Source: an uncultured Gemmatimonadales bacterium
GTDB taxonomy: Bacteria; Gemmatimonadota; Gemmatimonadetes; Gemmatimonadales; Gemmatimonadaceae
DNA: 64,000 bases
Assembly: GCA_963851265.1 (NCBI GenBank)
Contig: CAWKNZ010000008.1
Location: 192,001-256,000, forward strand
Reading direction: 5' to 3'
The first letter of the stretch is position 1. Each line of letters begins with the position of its first letter. The position numbers and the translations under genes were made by a program. Below, in pieces: positions 40,570 to 49,555 of the stretch. The notes under the pieces were generated by a model. It was given only the letters and a program-made list of their open reading frames with translations, had not been told where the DNA came from and did no database searches.

Positions 40570-40588
40570 ATGAACCGACGATGAACCG
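40570..40588 (-). promoter_or_regulatory. OmpR-type direct repeat upstream of the czcC-like gene
   Basis: CGGTTCAT-CGT-CGGTTCAT on the minus strand, 11-bp period. Confidence 0.6.
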
Positions 40589-40593
40589 CGCAC

Positions 40594-41976
40594 TCACGCG
40601 GCGGGCGGAAAGGTCACCCGCGCCAACGTCCCCCCCCAACGCCCCGGTTCCAGCCGCAGCACCGCTCCGTGCGCGTCGGCGATCACCCGCGCGATCGCGA
40701 GGCCGAGCCCGCTGCCGTCCGGCCGCCGCTGGCGCGCCGCGGCGCCCCGGAAGAAGCGCTCGGTGAGGCGGCCGCGCTCGGCCCCGTCGAGGCCGATCCC
40801 CGTATCCTCGACCTCGAGCACCGCCGCGCCCGCGTCGCGCCGCACGCGCACGTCCACCACGCCGCCCGCGGGCGTGTAGCGCACCGCGTTGTCCACGAGC
40901 ACACCGAAGAGCCGCTCGACGAGCACCGCGTCGCCGTCGGCCGGCGCTTCCTCGACGACGCTCTGCGTGAGGCGCAGCCCCGCCGCCTGCGCCGGCGCGC
41001 GCCACCCCGGGAGCGCGTCGCCGACGACGTCGTCGAGGAACACGCGCGCGCGCTGCAGCTGACCGCCCGGGCCGCCGCCGGGGCCGCCCGCCGCGTCGGC
41101 GCGGGCCAACTGCAGGAGGGCGTCGACCAGCCGCCCCGTGCGCCGCAGGTCGTCGTGCGCGCGGGCGAGCGCCGCGACGTGCTCCGCGTTCGGGGTCTCG
41201 TCGAGCAGGGCGAGCTCGACGCCGCTCAGCATGCGCGCCACCGGGGTGCGCAGCTCGTGCGCGGCGTCGGCGAGAAACTGCCGCTGCTGCGCGAGCGCGC
41301 CGTCCAGCCGGTCGAGCAGCGCGTTGAAGCGCGTGCCGAGGCGCCCGAGCTCGTCGGCGGGGTTGCGCACCGGGAGCCGCGCGGGGGACCCCGGACTCAC
41401 GTGCTCGGTCGCGGCGGCCATCGCGGCCACCGGCCGGAGCGCCCCGCCCGCCAGCCACCAGCCGAGCGCGCCCGCGAGCGCGACGCCTAACGGTATGCCG
41501 AGCAGGAGCAGCGCGTCCGCCCGCGCGACCGCCTCCGCGAGCGGGGCCGTGCTCGCCTCGACGCGCACGCGCCAGCCCGGCGCGTGGCGCGCGTCGAGCG
41601 GCTCGTCGTGGCGGCGGATCGGCCCCCGCAGCGCGCGCGACACGCGCGGCGCCGACGCGACCGCGCGCCCGTCGGGGCGCAGGTACTCCAGGCTGCGGTC
41701 GGCGAAGGCGACCTCCGCGACGATCTGCTCCACGGTGCGCTCGGTCGTCCCGTACTCGGACGCTTCGAGCTGGTAGAAGCTCCGCGCCAGTTCGGCGGTC
41801 GCCGCGAGCGAGCGGTCGAGTTCGCGCGAGAGCGCGTGCACGAACAGGGCCCGGAAGACGAACGCGGCGACGACGAGACTCGTCCCGACCGACCCCGCGT
41901 ACCAGAGCGCGACGCGCCCGCGGATGGGCAGCGCGCGCCACGCCGCGCGCACCGGCGCGCCCGTGCGCGCGCTCAC
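40594..41976 (-). CDS. Sensor histidine kinase (HAMP-HisKA-HATPase, CusS/CzcS-like)
   Basis: Two TMs, DELGRL, ADAAHELRTP, DNAVRY, DTGIG, GSGLGL; GTGA overlap. Confidence 0.92.
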   Translation of the reverse strand: MSARTGAPVRAAWRALPIRGRVALWYAGSVGTSLVVAAFVFRALFVHALSRELDRSLAATAELARSFYQLEASEYGTTERTVEQIVAEVAFADRSLEYLRPDGRAVASAPRVSRALRGPIRRHDEPLDARHAPGWRVRVEASTAPLAEAVARADALLLLGIPLGVALAGALGWWLAGGALRPVAAMAAATEHVSPGSPARLPVRNPADELGRLGTRFNALLDRLDGALAQQRQFLADAAHELRTPVARMLSGVELALLDETPNAEHVAALARAHDDLRRTGRLVDALLQLARADAAGGPGGGPGGQLQRARVFLDDVVGDALPGWRAPAQAAGLRLTQSVVEEAPADGDAVLVERLFGVLVDNAVRYTPAGGVVDVRVRRDAGAAVLEVEDTGIGLDGAERGRLTERFFRGAAARQRRPDGSGLGLAIARVIADAHGAVLRLEPGRWGGTLARVTFPPAA

Positions 41977-42680
41977 GCCGGCCCCCGCGGGTCGCCCCGC
42001 GCGAGCTCGAGCCGGTAGCCCACGCCGCGGACGGTGGCGAGGACCGCGGACTCGCCCGGCGCTTCGAGCTTGCGGCGCAGCCGCGCGACGTAGACGTCGA
42101 CGACGTTGCTGAGCGGGTCGTGGTTGTCGTCCCAGGCGTGCGTGCTGATCTGCTCGCGCGTGACCACGCGCCCCGCCTGGCGCATCAGGTATTCGAGCAC
42201 CGCGTACTCCTTCCCGGTGAGCACGATCTCGCGCGCCTCCCCGTGCGGCCCCCGCCGCGCGCGCCGCGTGCCGGTGTCGAGGGCGAGGTCGCCCACCGCG
42301 AGCACCGCGGGCACCGCGTCGGCCGGCCGGCGGAGCAGCGCCCGCACGCGCGCGACGAGCTCGGCGAGCGCGTAGGGCTTCACGAGGTAGTCGTCGGCGC
42401 CCAGTTCGAGTCCGGTCACGCGGTCCTCGACCGCGTCGCGCGCGGTGGCCATGAGGATGCGCGTGTGGTCCCCGCGGGCGCGCAGGCGGCGGCACACCTC
42501 GGTGCCGTCGAGGTCGGGAAGGCGCAGATCGAGCACCACCGCGTCGTAGGGCGTGAGCGTGGCCGCGCGCAGCGCCCCGTGCCCGTCGCCGACGACGTCG
42601 ACCGAGAAATCCGCGCGCCGCAGGTACGCGGCCGCCGCCGCGGCGAGTTCGGGGTCGTCTTCGACGAGCAGGAGGCGCAT
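41973..42680 (-). CDS. OmpR family response regulator (CusR/CzcR-like)
   Basis: MRLLLVEDD, LDLRLP, GADDYLVKP, NVVDVYV-x-x-LRRK, TVRGVGY. Confidence 0.94.
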   Translation of the reverse strand: MRLLLVEDDPELAAAAAAYLRRADFSVDVVGDGHGALRAATLTPYDAVVLDLRLPDLDGTEVCRRLRARGDHTRILMATARDAVEDRVTGLELGADDYLVKPYALAELVARVRALLRRPADAVPAVLAVGDLALDTGTRRARRGPHGEAREIVLTGKEYAVLEYLMRQAGRVVTREQISTHAWDDNHDPLSNVVDVYVARLRRKLEAPGESAVLATVRGVGYRLELARGDPRGPA

Positions 42681-42753
42681 GGCGAATAAATGGGAGACTG
42701 GCGGCGTCGGCGTGCGTGTCGGTGTGCACGGACCGGGCGCAGGCCGCTCCGCA

Positions 42754-42769
42754 TTCATGATGCGTTCAT
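42754..42769 (+). promoter_or_regulatory. OmpR-type direct repeat upstream of the divergent redox cluster
   Basis: TTCAT-N6-TTCAT, same core and 11-bp period as the 40570-40588 site. Confidence 0.55.
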
Positions 42770-42888
42770 CCGGGCCCGCTAGGGTCCCCCCCGGTCCAGC
42801 GTGTACCGCCCGATTGCTCCGCGACGCGGCATGGGCGTAAGGGTCCGCCCCGGATCCGGTGTTCCGTCCACGTCCCTCCGACCCGCTC

Positions 42889-43452
42889 ATGCTGCTTCCC
42901 CTCATCGTCCTCGGCGTTCACGCTGCAGCGCCCGCCGCCGACACCGCCGCGCCGCCGGCGCCCGACGTCGTCACCGTCGCGCCCGCCACGACCGCGACGC
43001 CCGACACCGCACGCCGCCCGCGCGCGATCGAGTACAGCGACGCCTACGCGACGCGCCTCGCGATCCACCGCATCGCGAGCTACACGATGCTGCCCCTCTT
43101 CGCGGGCGAGTACTGGCTCGGCGAGCGCCTCCTCAGCCCCAACCCGCAGCCCGGATGGGTCAGGAACGCGCACGTGGGCACGGCGTTCGGGCTCGCGGGG
43201 CTGTTCACGATCAACACCGTGACGGGCGTATGGAACCTGTACGACTCGCGCCACGACACGAGCGACCGCACGCGCAAGTACCTGCACACCGCGCTCCTCC
43301 TCGCGTCCGACGCGGGCTTCGCCTACACGGGCTCGATCGCCGGCCAGGCCCACAACTCGGCGGTCGGCCGCACGCGCCACCGCAACGCGGCGCTCGTCTC
43401 GATGGGGCTCAGCACGGCCGGCACCGCGCTCATGTGGTTCTGGAAGAAGTGA
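42889..43452 (+). CDS. Hypothetical membrane protein, possible di-heme cytochrome b-like fold
   Basis: Signal-like N-terminus; four hydrophobic helices each carrying a His (IHRIAS, AHVGTA, LHTALL, RHRNAA). Confidence 0.65.
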   Translation: MLLPLIVLGVHAAAPAADTAAPPAPDVVTVAPATTATPDTARRPRAIEYSDAYATRLAIHRIASYTMLPLFAGEYWLGERLLSPNPQPGWVRNAHVGTAFGLAGLFTINTVTGVWNLYDSRHDTSDRTRKYLHTALLLASDAGFAYTGSIAGQAHNSAVGRTRHRNAALVSMGLSTAGTALMWFWKK

Positions 43453-43459
43453 GCCGCGC

Positions 43460-44038
43460 GTGCCGCCCCTGACCCCGATGCTCGCCGCCGTGCTGCTCAA
43501 GCCCGACGCCCCGGCCCCCGCCGTCGTCGAAACGCTCGCCCGCCTCTGCGCGCCCTGGCAGTCACTCTACAGCGACTCGAAGGTGCTCTCGACCGCCGTG
43601 GTCACCGTGCACATCGTCGCGCTGCTGTTCGGCGGCGGGCTGGCCATCGCGGCCGACCGCGCGACGCTGCGCCTGGCGCGCGGCCGCAGCGCGCCCGACG
43701 CGGCCGCCGAGGAGCGGCGACTGCTCGCCGACCTCGGCGCGGTGCACCGGCCGGTGCTGGTCGCGCTCGCGTTGCTGTTCGTGAGCGGCATCCTGCTCGC
43801 CACGGCCGACGTGAAGACGTACGCGCTCTCGTGGGTGTTCTGGCTCAAGATCGGGCTCGTCGCCCTGCTGCTCGTGAACGGCGTCGTGCTCGAGCGCGCC
43901 GAGCGCGTGCTGCACCGCGGCGGCGCCGAGTCCGCGACCGGCCCCTACTGGGGCCGCCTGCGCGCCGCCTCATGGGCGAGCCTCGCGCTCTGGACGGCGA
44001 CCACCGTGGTTGGCGTCGCCCTCACCAACGCTGCCTAA
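43460..44038 (+). CDS. Hypothetical 4-TM membrane protein (DUF2214/DUF6644/CopD-like)
   Basis: H-I-x-AL...D, SG-x-LL, FWLK...N pattern; start 43460 or 43478. Confidence 0.65.
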   Translation: MPPLTPMLAAVLLKPDAPAPAVVETLARLCAPWQSLYSDSKVLSTAVVTVHIVALLFGGGLAIAADRATLRLARGRSAPDAAAEERRLLADLGAVHRPVLVALALLFVSGILLATADVKTYALSWVFWLKIGLVALLLVNGVVLERAERVLHRGGAESATGPYWGRLRAASWASLALWTATTVVGVALTNAA

Positions 44039-44051
44039 CACTCGCATCGCC

Positions 44052-44585
44052 ATGTCACACTCCACCGACCGCCCCGCCGCCGCGTGCGGCGCCTGCGAGG
44101 GCGACGCGCCCGTCGACGGCCGCCGCCGCTTCCTCCACGACGCGCTCTGGGGCGCGGCCGCGCTCGTCGCGCTCGGCGCCGCGCGCGAGACCGCCGCGGC
44201 GCTCCCCGCGCGCCTCGCCCGCGCCGCCGCCGTCGCCGGCGACGTGCGCCGCTACCCCGTGCCCGCCGCCGACGGCGTGACCATCGACCGCGACGCGGAG
44301 GTGATCCTCGTCCGCTGGCAGAACGCGGTCTACGCCTTCGCGCTCAGCTGCCCGCACCAGAACACGGCCCTCCGCTGGCTCGACGCGGACCACCGCTTCC
44401 AGTGTCCCAAGCACAAGTCGAAGTACCAGCCCGACGGGGCGTACATCGAGGGGCGCGCGACGCGCAACATGGACCGCTTCAGCATCACGCGCGAGGGCGA
44501 GCAGGTGGCCGTCGACCTCTCCGCCCTGCACAAGAACGACGCCGACGCGGCCGGGTGGGCCGCCGCGGTCGTGCGCCTCGCCTGA
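44052..44585 (+). CDS. Rieske [2Fe-2S] protein with Tat signal
   Basis: GRRRFL, CPHQ...CPKH. Confidence 0.88.
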   Translation: MSHSTDRPAAACGACEGDAPVDGRRRFLHDALWGAAALVALGAARETAAALPARLARAAAVAGDVRRYPVPAADGVTIDRDAEVILVRWQNAVYAFALSCPHQNTALRWLDADHRFQCPKHKSKYQPDGAYIEGRATRNMDRFSITREGEQVAVDLSALHKNDADAAGWAAAVVRLA

Positions 44586-44609
44586 CCCCACGGCCCCGGA
44601 TTCTCCCCC

Positions 44610-45137
44610 ATGTCGCACGACACTGCATTCCCCGGTCACGACTGCGCGGCGCGCTGCCCGCTCGCACAGACCGGCCGCCTTGAGGGCGGCCTCGCCCACG
44701 TGCCCGGCGTCGACCGGCGCACGTTCCTGTCGCAGGCGGTGCTCGCCTCCGCCTACGCCGCGGCGGCCGCCGCGCTCGCCGCGTGCGGCGGCGGGGGCGG
44801 TGACGTCACGGGGCCGACCCCGACGCCGATCAGCTCCAACGCGGTCACGCTCGCCAACTACCCCGCGCTCGCGAGCGTGGGCGGGGTGCAGACCGTCACG
44901 CTCAACGGCACCCCGCTCGCGATCGTCCGCACCGGCACGGCGAGTTACCTCGTGCTCTCGCTGGTGTGCCCGCACCAGCAGACGACCCTGAACGTGACGA
45001 GCACCGGCTTCCACTGCCCCAACCACGGCGCGACGTTCGACAGCACGGGCAACTGGGTCGGCGGCCAGAACACGACCCACATGGCGACGCGCACGAGCAC
45101 GTACGACGCAGCCACGGGCACGCTGACGATCGGCTAG
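44610..45137 (+). CDS. Rieske [2Fe-2S] lipoprotein with Tat signal
   Basis: DRRTFL, lipobox LAAC, CPHQ...CPNHGATFD. Confidence 0.88.
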   Translation: MSHDTAFPGHDCAARCPLAQTGRLEGGLAHVPGVDRRTFLSQAVLASAYAAAAAALAACGGGGGDVTGPTPTPISSNAVTLANYPALASVGGVQTVTLNGTPLAIVRTGTASYLVLSLVCPHQQTTLNVTSTGFHCPNHGATFDSTGNWVGGQNTTHMATRTSTYDAATGTLTIG

Positions 45138-45233
45138 AGCAGATCGCGTCCGGGTGTCGCACAGGGGGACCGCCGCCGGACACAGACGCATCTCGCCCTA
45201 GCGATCGACGGACGTCACATCGGCCGGAGACCT

Positions 45234-45287
45234 GCACGCGCCCCCGGGCGAGCGCCACGATGGTGGCGCTCGCCCGGGGGCGCGTGC
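45234..45287. terminator. Perfect 25-bp hairpin between convergent genes (probable bidirectional terminator)
   Basis: GCACGCGCCCCCGGGCGAGCGCCAC-GATG-GTGGCGCTCGCCCGGGGGCGCGTGC; no strong U-tract. Confidence 0.7.
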
Positions 45288-45297
45288 CTTCAGCGAC

Positions 45298-46455
45298 TCA
45301 GGCGATCGGGTCGCGACGGCGCCGCGCGGCCGCCCCGACGGCCGCCAGCCCAGCGCCTAACATCACCCACGTCGACGGCTCGGGAACCGTCGCGAGGCTG
45401 CCGAACAGCCCGTGCTGCTCGTCGTCGATCCCGGCCGCGAAGTAGAGGACGTTGGGGTCGCCGCCCTGACCGCCGTTGCCGAACGTGAGGCCCCACAGCC
45501 CGCTGTTCGTGATCGGCACCCCGGCCGCGTCGACCAGCGCACCGAGCGACGCGCCGGTGGCGAAGTCGAACGCGTTGATCCTGCCGTCGCCGAAGTTGCC
45601 GACGAGCAGATCGCCGCCGTAGCCGCCGAACGTCGCCGGCGCGAGCGCGACGCCCCACGGCGAGTCGAGCGCGCCCCCGTTCGACAGTCGGCGCTGCAGC
45701 ACGCCGCCCGTGCTGTACACGTCCACCACGCCGTTGCCGGCGCCGGCGACGTCCTGCCCCGTCACCGGATCCTTGACCGCGTACGTCACGACGATCGCAC
45801 TGCCCACGTGCTGCACGTTGAACGGCGCGTAGCCCGCGGGCAGCCCCGGATCGACGAAGCCCGCGCCCCCGACGTTCGCGAAGTTGCCGTCGAAAACGTC
45901 GACGCGGCCGGTGCCGAAGTTCGCCGCGTACAGGCGCGCGTCCGAGCCGGTCCCCGCGATCGCGAGCCCCGTGTACGACGCGCCACCGGCGAACCCGTTC
46001 ACGCGCGTCACGGCGTTGGTCCCGCTCGCCCCGTTCCACGCCGAGATGGTGCCCGTCGCGCTCGCGAAGATGAACGAGGCGTTGCCGCCCGCGGCGAGCG
46101 CGAAGCTCCCCGTGTTGTTGAACACCTGGCCGGTGGGCACGGCGGGTACGGGACCGCCCGGACCGGGGATCGCGACCACGAGTCCCAACTTGGTGCCGAC
46201 CGAGTTGTAGAGGGTCGAGGTGCCCGTGCCGGCGTTGGACACCCAGAACGGGCCGGTGGGCGACGCGGAGATCCCCCACGGATTCACGAGCTGCGGGTCG
46301 AGCGTGCGGGCGAGCCCCGGGACGTCCGACACGAGGTTGGTCTGCTGGATGGCGCGCTGCGCGGCGGCGGGGCGCCCGGCCACGACCAGCGTGAGGGCGA
46401 GCGCGGTCGCGGCCGCGGGACGGTGGCGGCGGCTCGAAGCGGGGCGACGTGGCAT
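45298..46455 (-). CDS. TIGR03118 family protein with PEP-CTERM sorting signal
   Basis: QTNLVSD, LVNPWGI, PTGQVFN, YAPFNVQ, LLVGNFGDGRINAFD, HGLFG, then VPEPST + TM + RRRR. Confidence 0.9.
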   Translation of the reverse strand: MPRRPASSRRHRPAAATALALTLVVAGRPAAAQRAIQQTNLVSDVPGLARTLDPQLVNPWGISASPTGPFWVSNAGTGTSTLYNSVGTKLGLVVAIPGPGGPVPAVPTGQVFNNTGSFALAAGGNASFIFASATGTISAWNGASGTNAVTRVNGFAGGASYTGLAIAGTGSDARLYAANFGTGRVDVFDGNFANVGGAGFVDPGLPAGYAPFNVQHVGSAIVVTYAVKDPVTGQDVAGAGNGVVDVYSTGGVLQRRLSNGGALDSPWGVALAPATFGGYGGDLLVGNFGDGRINAFDFATGASLGALVDAAGVPITNSGLWGLTFGNGGQGGDPNVLYFAAGIDDEQHGLFGSLATVPEPSTWVMLGAGLAAVGAAARRRRDPIA

Positions 46456-46546
46456 GCGTGGGGTGCCGGAAAGTCCGAGAGGAAGTGCGCAGGCCGGATC
46501 GGCATCCGGCCCCGCGACGGCGCGCGATGCGGCCCGTCTTTCCGGG

Positions 46547-46574
46547 TAGACGGCGCGAGCGCGCCGAGCATTCC
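46547..46574 (-). promoter_or_regulatory. Putative ECF promoter GGAAT-N17-CGTCTA
   Basis: Upstream of the TIGR03118 gene; matches the site upstream of the ECF sigma gene. Confidence 0.65.
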
Positions 46575-46582
46575 CGTCCCGG

Positions 46583-48772
46583 CTATCCGAGGCGCGCGAA
46601 GAGCGCGTACGCCGCGTGCGCCGACGCCGGGCGGGCGGCCGGATCGGCGGCCGCGAGTCGCGCGATGGCCGCCGCCACCGTGTTGGCCGCGACGGCCGGC
46701 GCGGGCGCGCGCGCCACCGAGGCTGGCGCCGTGGCCGTCCCCCCGCCCGTCCCCCCGCCCGGCCCGTCGAGCTTGCGCGCGAAGAACGCGACCGGCGTAT
46801 CGTCGTCGAACGGCGTCTCGCCGGTGAGGCACGCCTGCAGGACGACCCCCGCCGAGTACAGGTCGCTCGCCACCCCCGCGGGCGCGCCGAGAAGGAGTTC
46901 CGGCGCCATGAACGCCGGCGTCCCGATCTGCGCCCCGGCGATGTCGGGCGCGGTCGACCCCGACGCGGACGCCCCGGGCGTGGACGCGCCGGGCGTGGAC
47001 GCCCCGGGCGCGAACGGCGCACGCACGAGCCGCGCGACGCCGAAGTCGGCCACCTTGAGCACGCCGCCCGCGCCCAACAGCAGGTTGGCCGGCTTCAGGT
47101 CGCCGTGCACCACGCCGTGCGCGTGTGCCACCTCGAGCGCCCGGGTGAGCTGCTTGGCCACGCCGAGCACCGCGTCGGGCGGGAGCGCGCCGTGCGCGGC
47201 GAGGAGCGCGGCGAGCGACGCACCCTCCACGTACTCCATCGTCAGGAACGCGGTGTCGCCGTCGCGTCCGAGGTCGTGCAGGCGCACGACGTTGCGATGG
47301 GTCAGCCGGCGCGCGAGTCGCAGCTCGTGCCGGAACCGATCGAGCACGTCCGCGCCCGCGGCCGCGACCTCGGGGCGCAGCACCTTCACCGCGACGGTCT
47401 CGGCGAGCTCGCCGTCGCGCGCGCGCCAGACGACGCCGGTGCCGCCGGTGCCGAGAATCGCGTCGAGCGTGTAGCGCCCGGCGAGCACGGTCCCGGCGCC
47501 GACCACGCCGCCGCTCCCACCCGCGCCCGCGCCCGCGCGCGGCAGGGCGAACGTGCGGACGGTGCGCGCGCCGTCGCGCGGACGCTCGCCGGCGACTCGC
47601 CCCGCGCCCACCCCGGGCGCCGCCAGCACGCGCACCACCTCGAGCGCGGCCCGGTCGAGCGGCGCCCGGTCGCGCAGGTCGGCGAGCAACGCGCCGAACG
47701 CGGCGCCTAACGCGCCGATCTCGTCGCCCGCTCCGCCGCCCGCGTCGCCCCCGCCCACCGCGGCGCCGGTCCGGTAGTCGCCCTCGGTGGCGCGGCGCGC
47801 GGCGTCGGCGAGCGCGCGCACCGGGCGCGCGACGCGGCGCGCGGCGAGCCACGCCGCCGCGAGCGCCAGCACGAGGCCCACGCCCCCGGCGACGAGCAGC
47901 GACCGCTGCACCCCCGCGAGCTCGGCGCGCTCGACGTCGAGCCGCCGGAGCACGACGAAGCCGCCCACCGGCTCGCCGCCGGCCGTGGTGGTCGCCCCGC
48001 CCTGCGCGAGGTAGTCGACGCCGTCGACCGCCACCGGCGCGCGCCGGCGCGGCGCGGGCACGGCGTGCACCGCGAGCCCCGGCGCGGCGACCACGGCGGC
48101 GAGCGCGTGACGCGCCGTGCCGCGCCCGGCGAAGCTGGTCGCCGCCACGTGCGCGACGTCGCGCGCGTCGCGCGTGTAGAACACCACCTCCGCCGCCGTC
48201 GCCGCGCGCACGTCGCGCGCGAGCCGGTCGTCGACGAGCTTGGTCGCGACGAGCGCGCCCACGGGCGCCTCGCCTGGCACGGCGACGGGCACCGCCACCG
48301 CCTGGAACAGCAGCGAGTCGCGCGAGACGCCGAACCCGCTCGCCACCTGCCCGCGCAGGGCGCTCGCCACGAGCGGCCGGCCGCCTAACGTGTCGCCGCT
48401 GGCGCTCGGCTCGTCGCTCTTGGCGAGCAGGCGGCCCGCGCCGTCGGTGATGAACACCCAGTCGGCGCCCAACTGCTCCGCGCCCTCGAACGTCTGGTCG
48501 AGCACGTCGTCCCGATGCTGGGCGGCCACGAGCGCCCGGAAGTACGGCCCCTGGGCGAACACGCGCGCCCCGCCCGCGAGCGCGCGCTCGCGCCCGGCGA
48601 GGAACTGGGCGACGAGGTCGGCCGCCTGCTCGAGTTCGCGCTGGGCCGCCGCGTCGCCGGCGCGGCGGACCGACGTCGACGCCGCGAGCAGCGCGGCCGC
48701 GAGCACCGCGACGACCACGCCGGCGGTGCCGGCGAACACGCGCCCGGCGAGCCCCAGGGGGCGCACGCTCAA
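46583..48772 (-). CDS. Membrane Ser/Thr protein kinase with periplasmic Cache-like sensor and HAMP domain
   Basis: TM-periplasmic-TM, RPVRAL...DEIGAL HAMP, GTGGTG, VAVK, HGDLKPAN, DFG, APE, DLYSAG. Confidence 0.85.
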   Translation of the reverse strand: MSVRPLGLAGRVFAGTAGVVVAVLAAALLAASTSVRRAGDAAAQRELEQAADLVAQFLAGRERALAGGARVFAQGPYFRALVAAQHRDDVLDQTFEGAEQLGADWVFITDGAGRLLAKSDEPSASGDTLGGRPLVASALRGQVASGFGVSRDSLLFQAVAVPVAVPGEAPVGALVATKLVDDRLARDVRAATAAEVVFYTRDARDVAHVAATSFAGRGTARHALAAVVAAPGLAVHAVPAPRRRAPVAVDGVDYLAQGGATTTAGGEPVGGFVVLRRLDVERAELAGVQRSLLVAGGVGLVLALAAAWLAARRVARPVRALADAARRATEGDYRTGAAVGGGDAGGGAGDEIGALGAAFGALLADLRDRAPLDRAALEVVRVLAAPGVGAGRVAGERPRDGARTVRTFALPRAGAGAGGSGGVVGAGTVLAGRYTLDAILGTGGTGVVWRARDGELAETVAVKVLRPEVAAAGADVLDRFRHELRLARRLTHRNVVRLHDLGRDGDTAFLTMEYVEGASLAALLAAHGALPPDAVLGVAKQLTRALEVAHAHGVVHGDLKPANLLLGAGGVLKVADFGVARLVRAPFAPGASTPGASTPGASASGSTAPDIAGAQIGTPAFMAPELLLGAPAGVASDLYSAGVVLQACLTGETPFDDDTPVAFFARKLDGPGGGTGGGTATAPASVARAPAPAVAANTVAAAIARLAAADPAARPASAHAAYALFARLG

Positions 48773-49539
48773 TACCGGTCCGCCCGCGTGGCCGCGTAGG
48801 GCAGGCCGAACTTGTTGGGGTGCGCGGTGGCGACGTAGCCGCGCGCGTCGAGCGCGAGCCGCACGTCGTCCGCGCCCCCCCCGCCCACGGTGAGCGGGCG
48901 CGCCGTATCGCCCGCGCGCTCGTGCCAGGCGTGGAGCACGTACGCGCCGGCGGGCACGTCCGCGATGGTGAAGCGCCCGTCGCGCGCGGCCATCGTCGCG
49001 TAGGGCGAGGCCACCGCCACGACGAAGCTCACCATCCGGTGGTGGATGTTGCAGTAGATCGGGTACACGCCCGGGCGCGCGAAGCGCGCGCTCCGGCTCG
49101 CGTGCGAGCGGTAGAGGCCGAGGTCGAACGCGTTGGTCTCGGTGTTGCTGAACACGTTGTGACTGAACGGGTCGTCGTTCGGGAACGCGACCTCCCCGCC
49201 GGCGGCGACGATCCGCACGTGCGGCACGAACTCCCGCCCGCGCATGCTGATCTCGGTCGCGAGCGGCACCGGGTCTGGCGCTGCGTTAGGCGTCGCGTTA
49301 GGCGCCGCGCTCGCGGCGAGCGCGGCGGTGACCGCGACCGGTTCGAGGTAGAGCACCGTCTCGGCGAGGTTCGCCGGCGTCGCGCCGTCGCGTTCGGTGA
49401 CGGTGACCTGGCCGCGGACGTCGTGCCCCGCGCGCGCGGCACCCCGCACCGGACTCGCCAGCGCGCTCGCCACGACCGCGCTCGCCACAACCGCGCTCGC
49501 GACGGCCGCGCCCGCGACGAGTCGCGCGGTCAGTTGCAT
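48769..49539 (-). CDS. Secreted cupredoxin plus carboxypeptidase-regulatory-like domain protein
   Basis: FPNDDPFSHNVFS...YCNIHHRM (H/C/H/M type-1 copper pattern), DGRFTI-x-x-VPAG-x-Y-x-x-x-AWH. Confidence 0.8.
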   Translation of the reverse strand: MQLTARLVAGAAVASAVVASAVVASALASPVRGAARAGHDVRGQVTVTERDGATPANLAETVLYLEPVAVTAALAASAAPNATPNAAPDPVPLATEISMRGREFVPHVRIVAAGGEVAFPNDDPFSHNVFSNTETNAFDLGLYRSHASRSARFARPGVYPIYCNIHHRMVSFVVAVASPYATMAARDGRFTIADVPAGAYVLHAWHERAGDTARPLTVGGGGADDVRLALDARGYVATAHPNKFGLPYAATRADRY

Positions 49540-49555
49540 GCCCCCGTCCCCGCGC

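Noticed and set aside
45234..45287. 25-bp perfect hairpin as a MITE or REP element
   Set aside because: Single copy in the window, no target duplication, and it sits between convergent genes; a terminator is the simpler reading.
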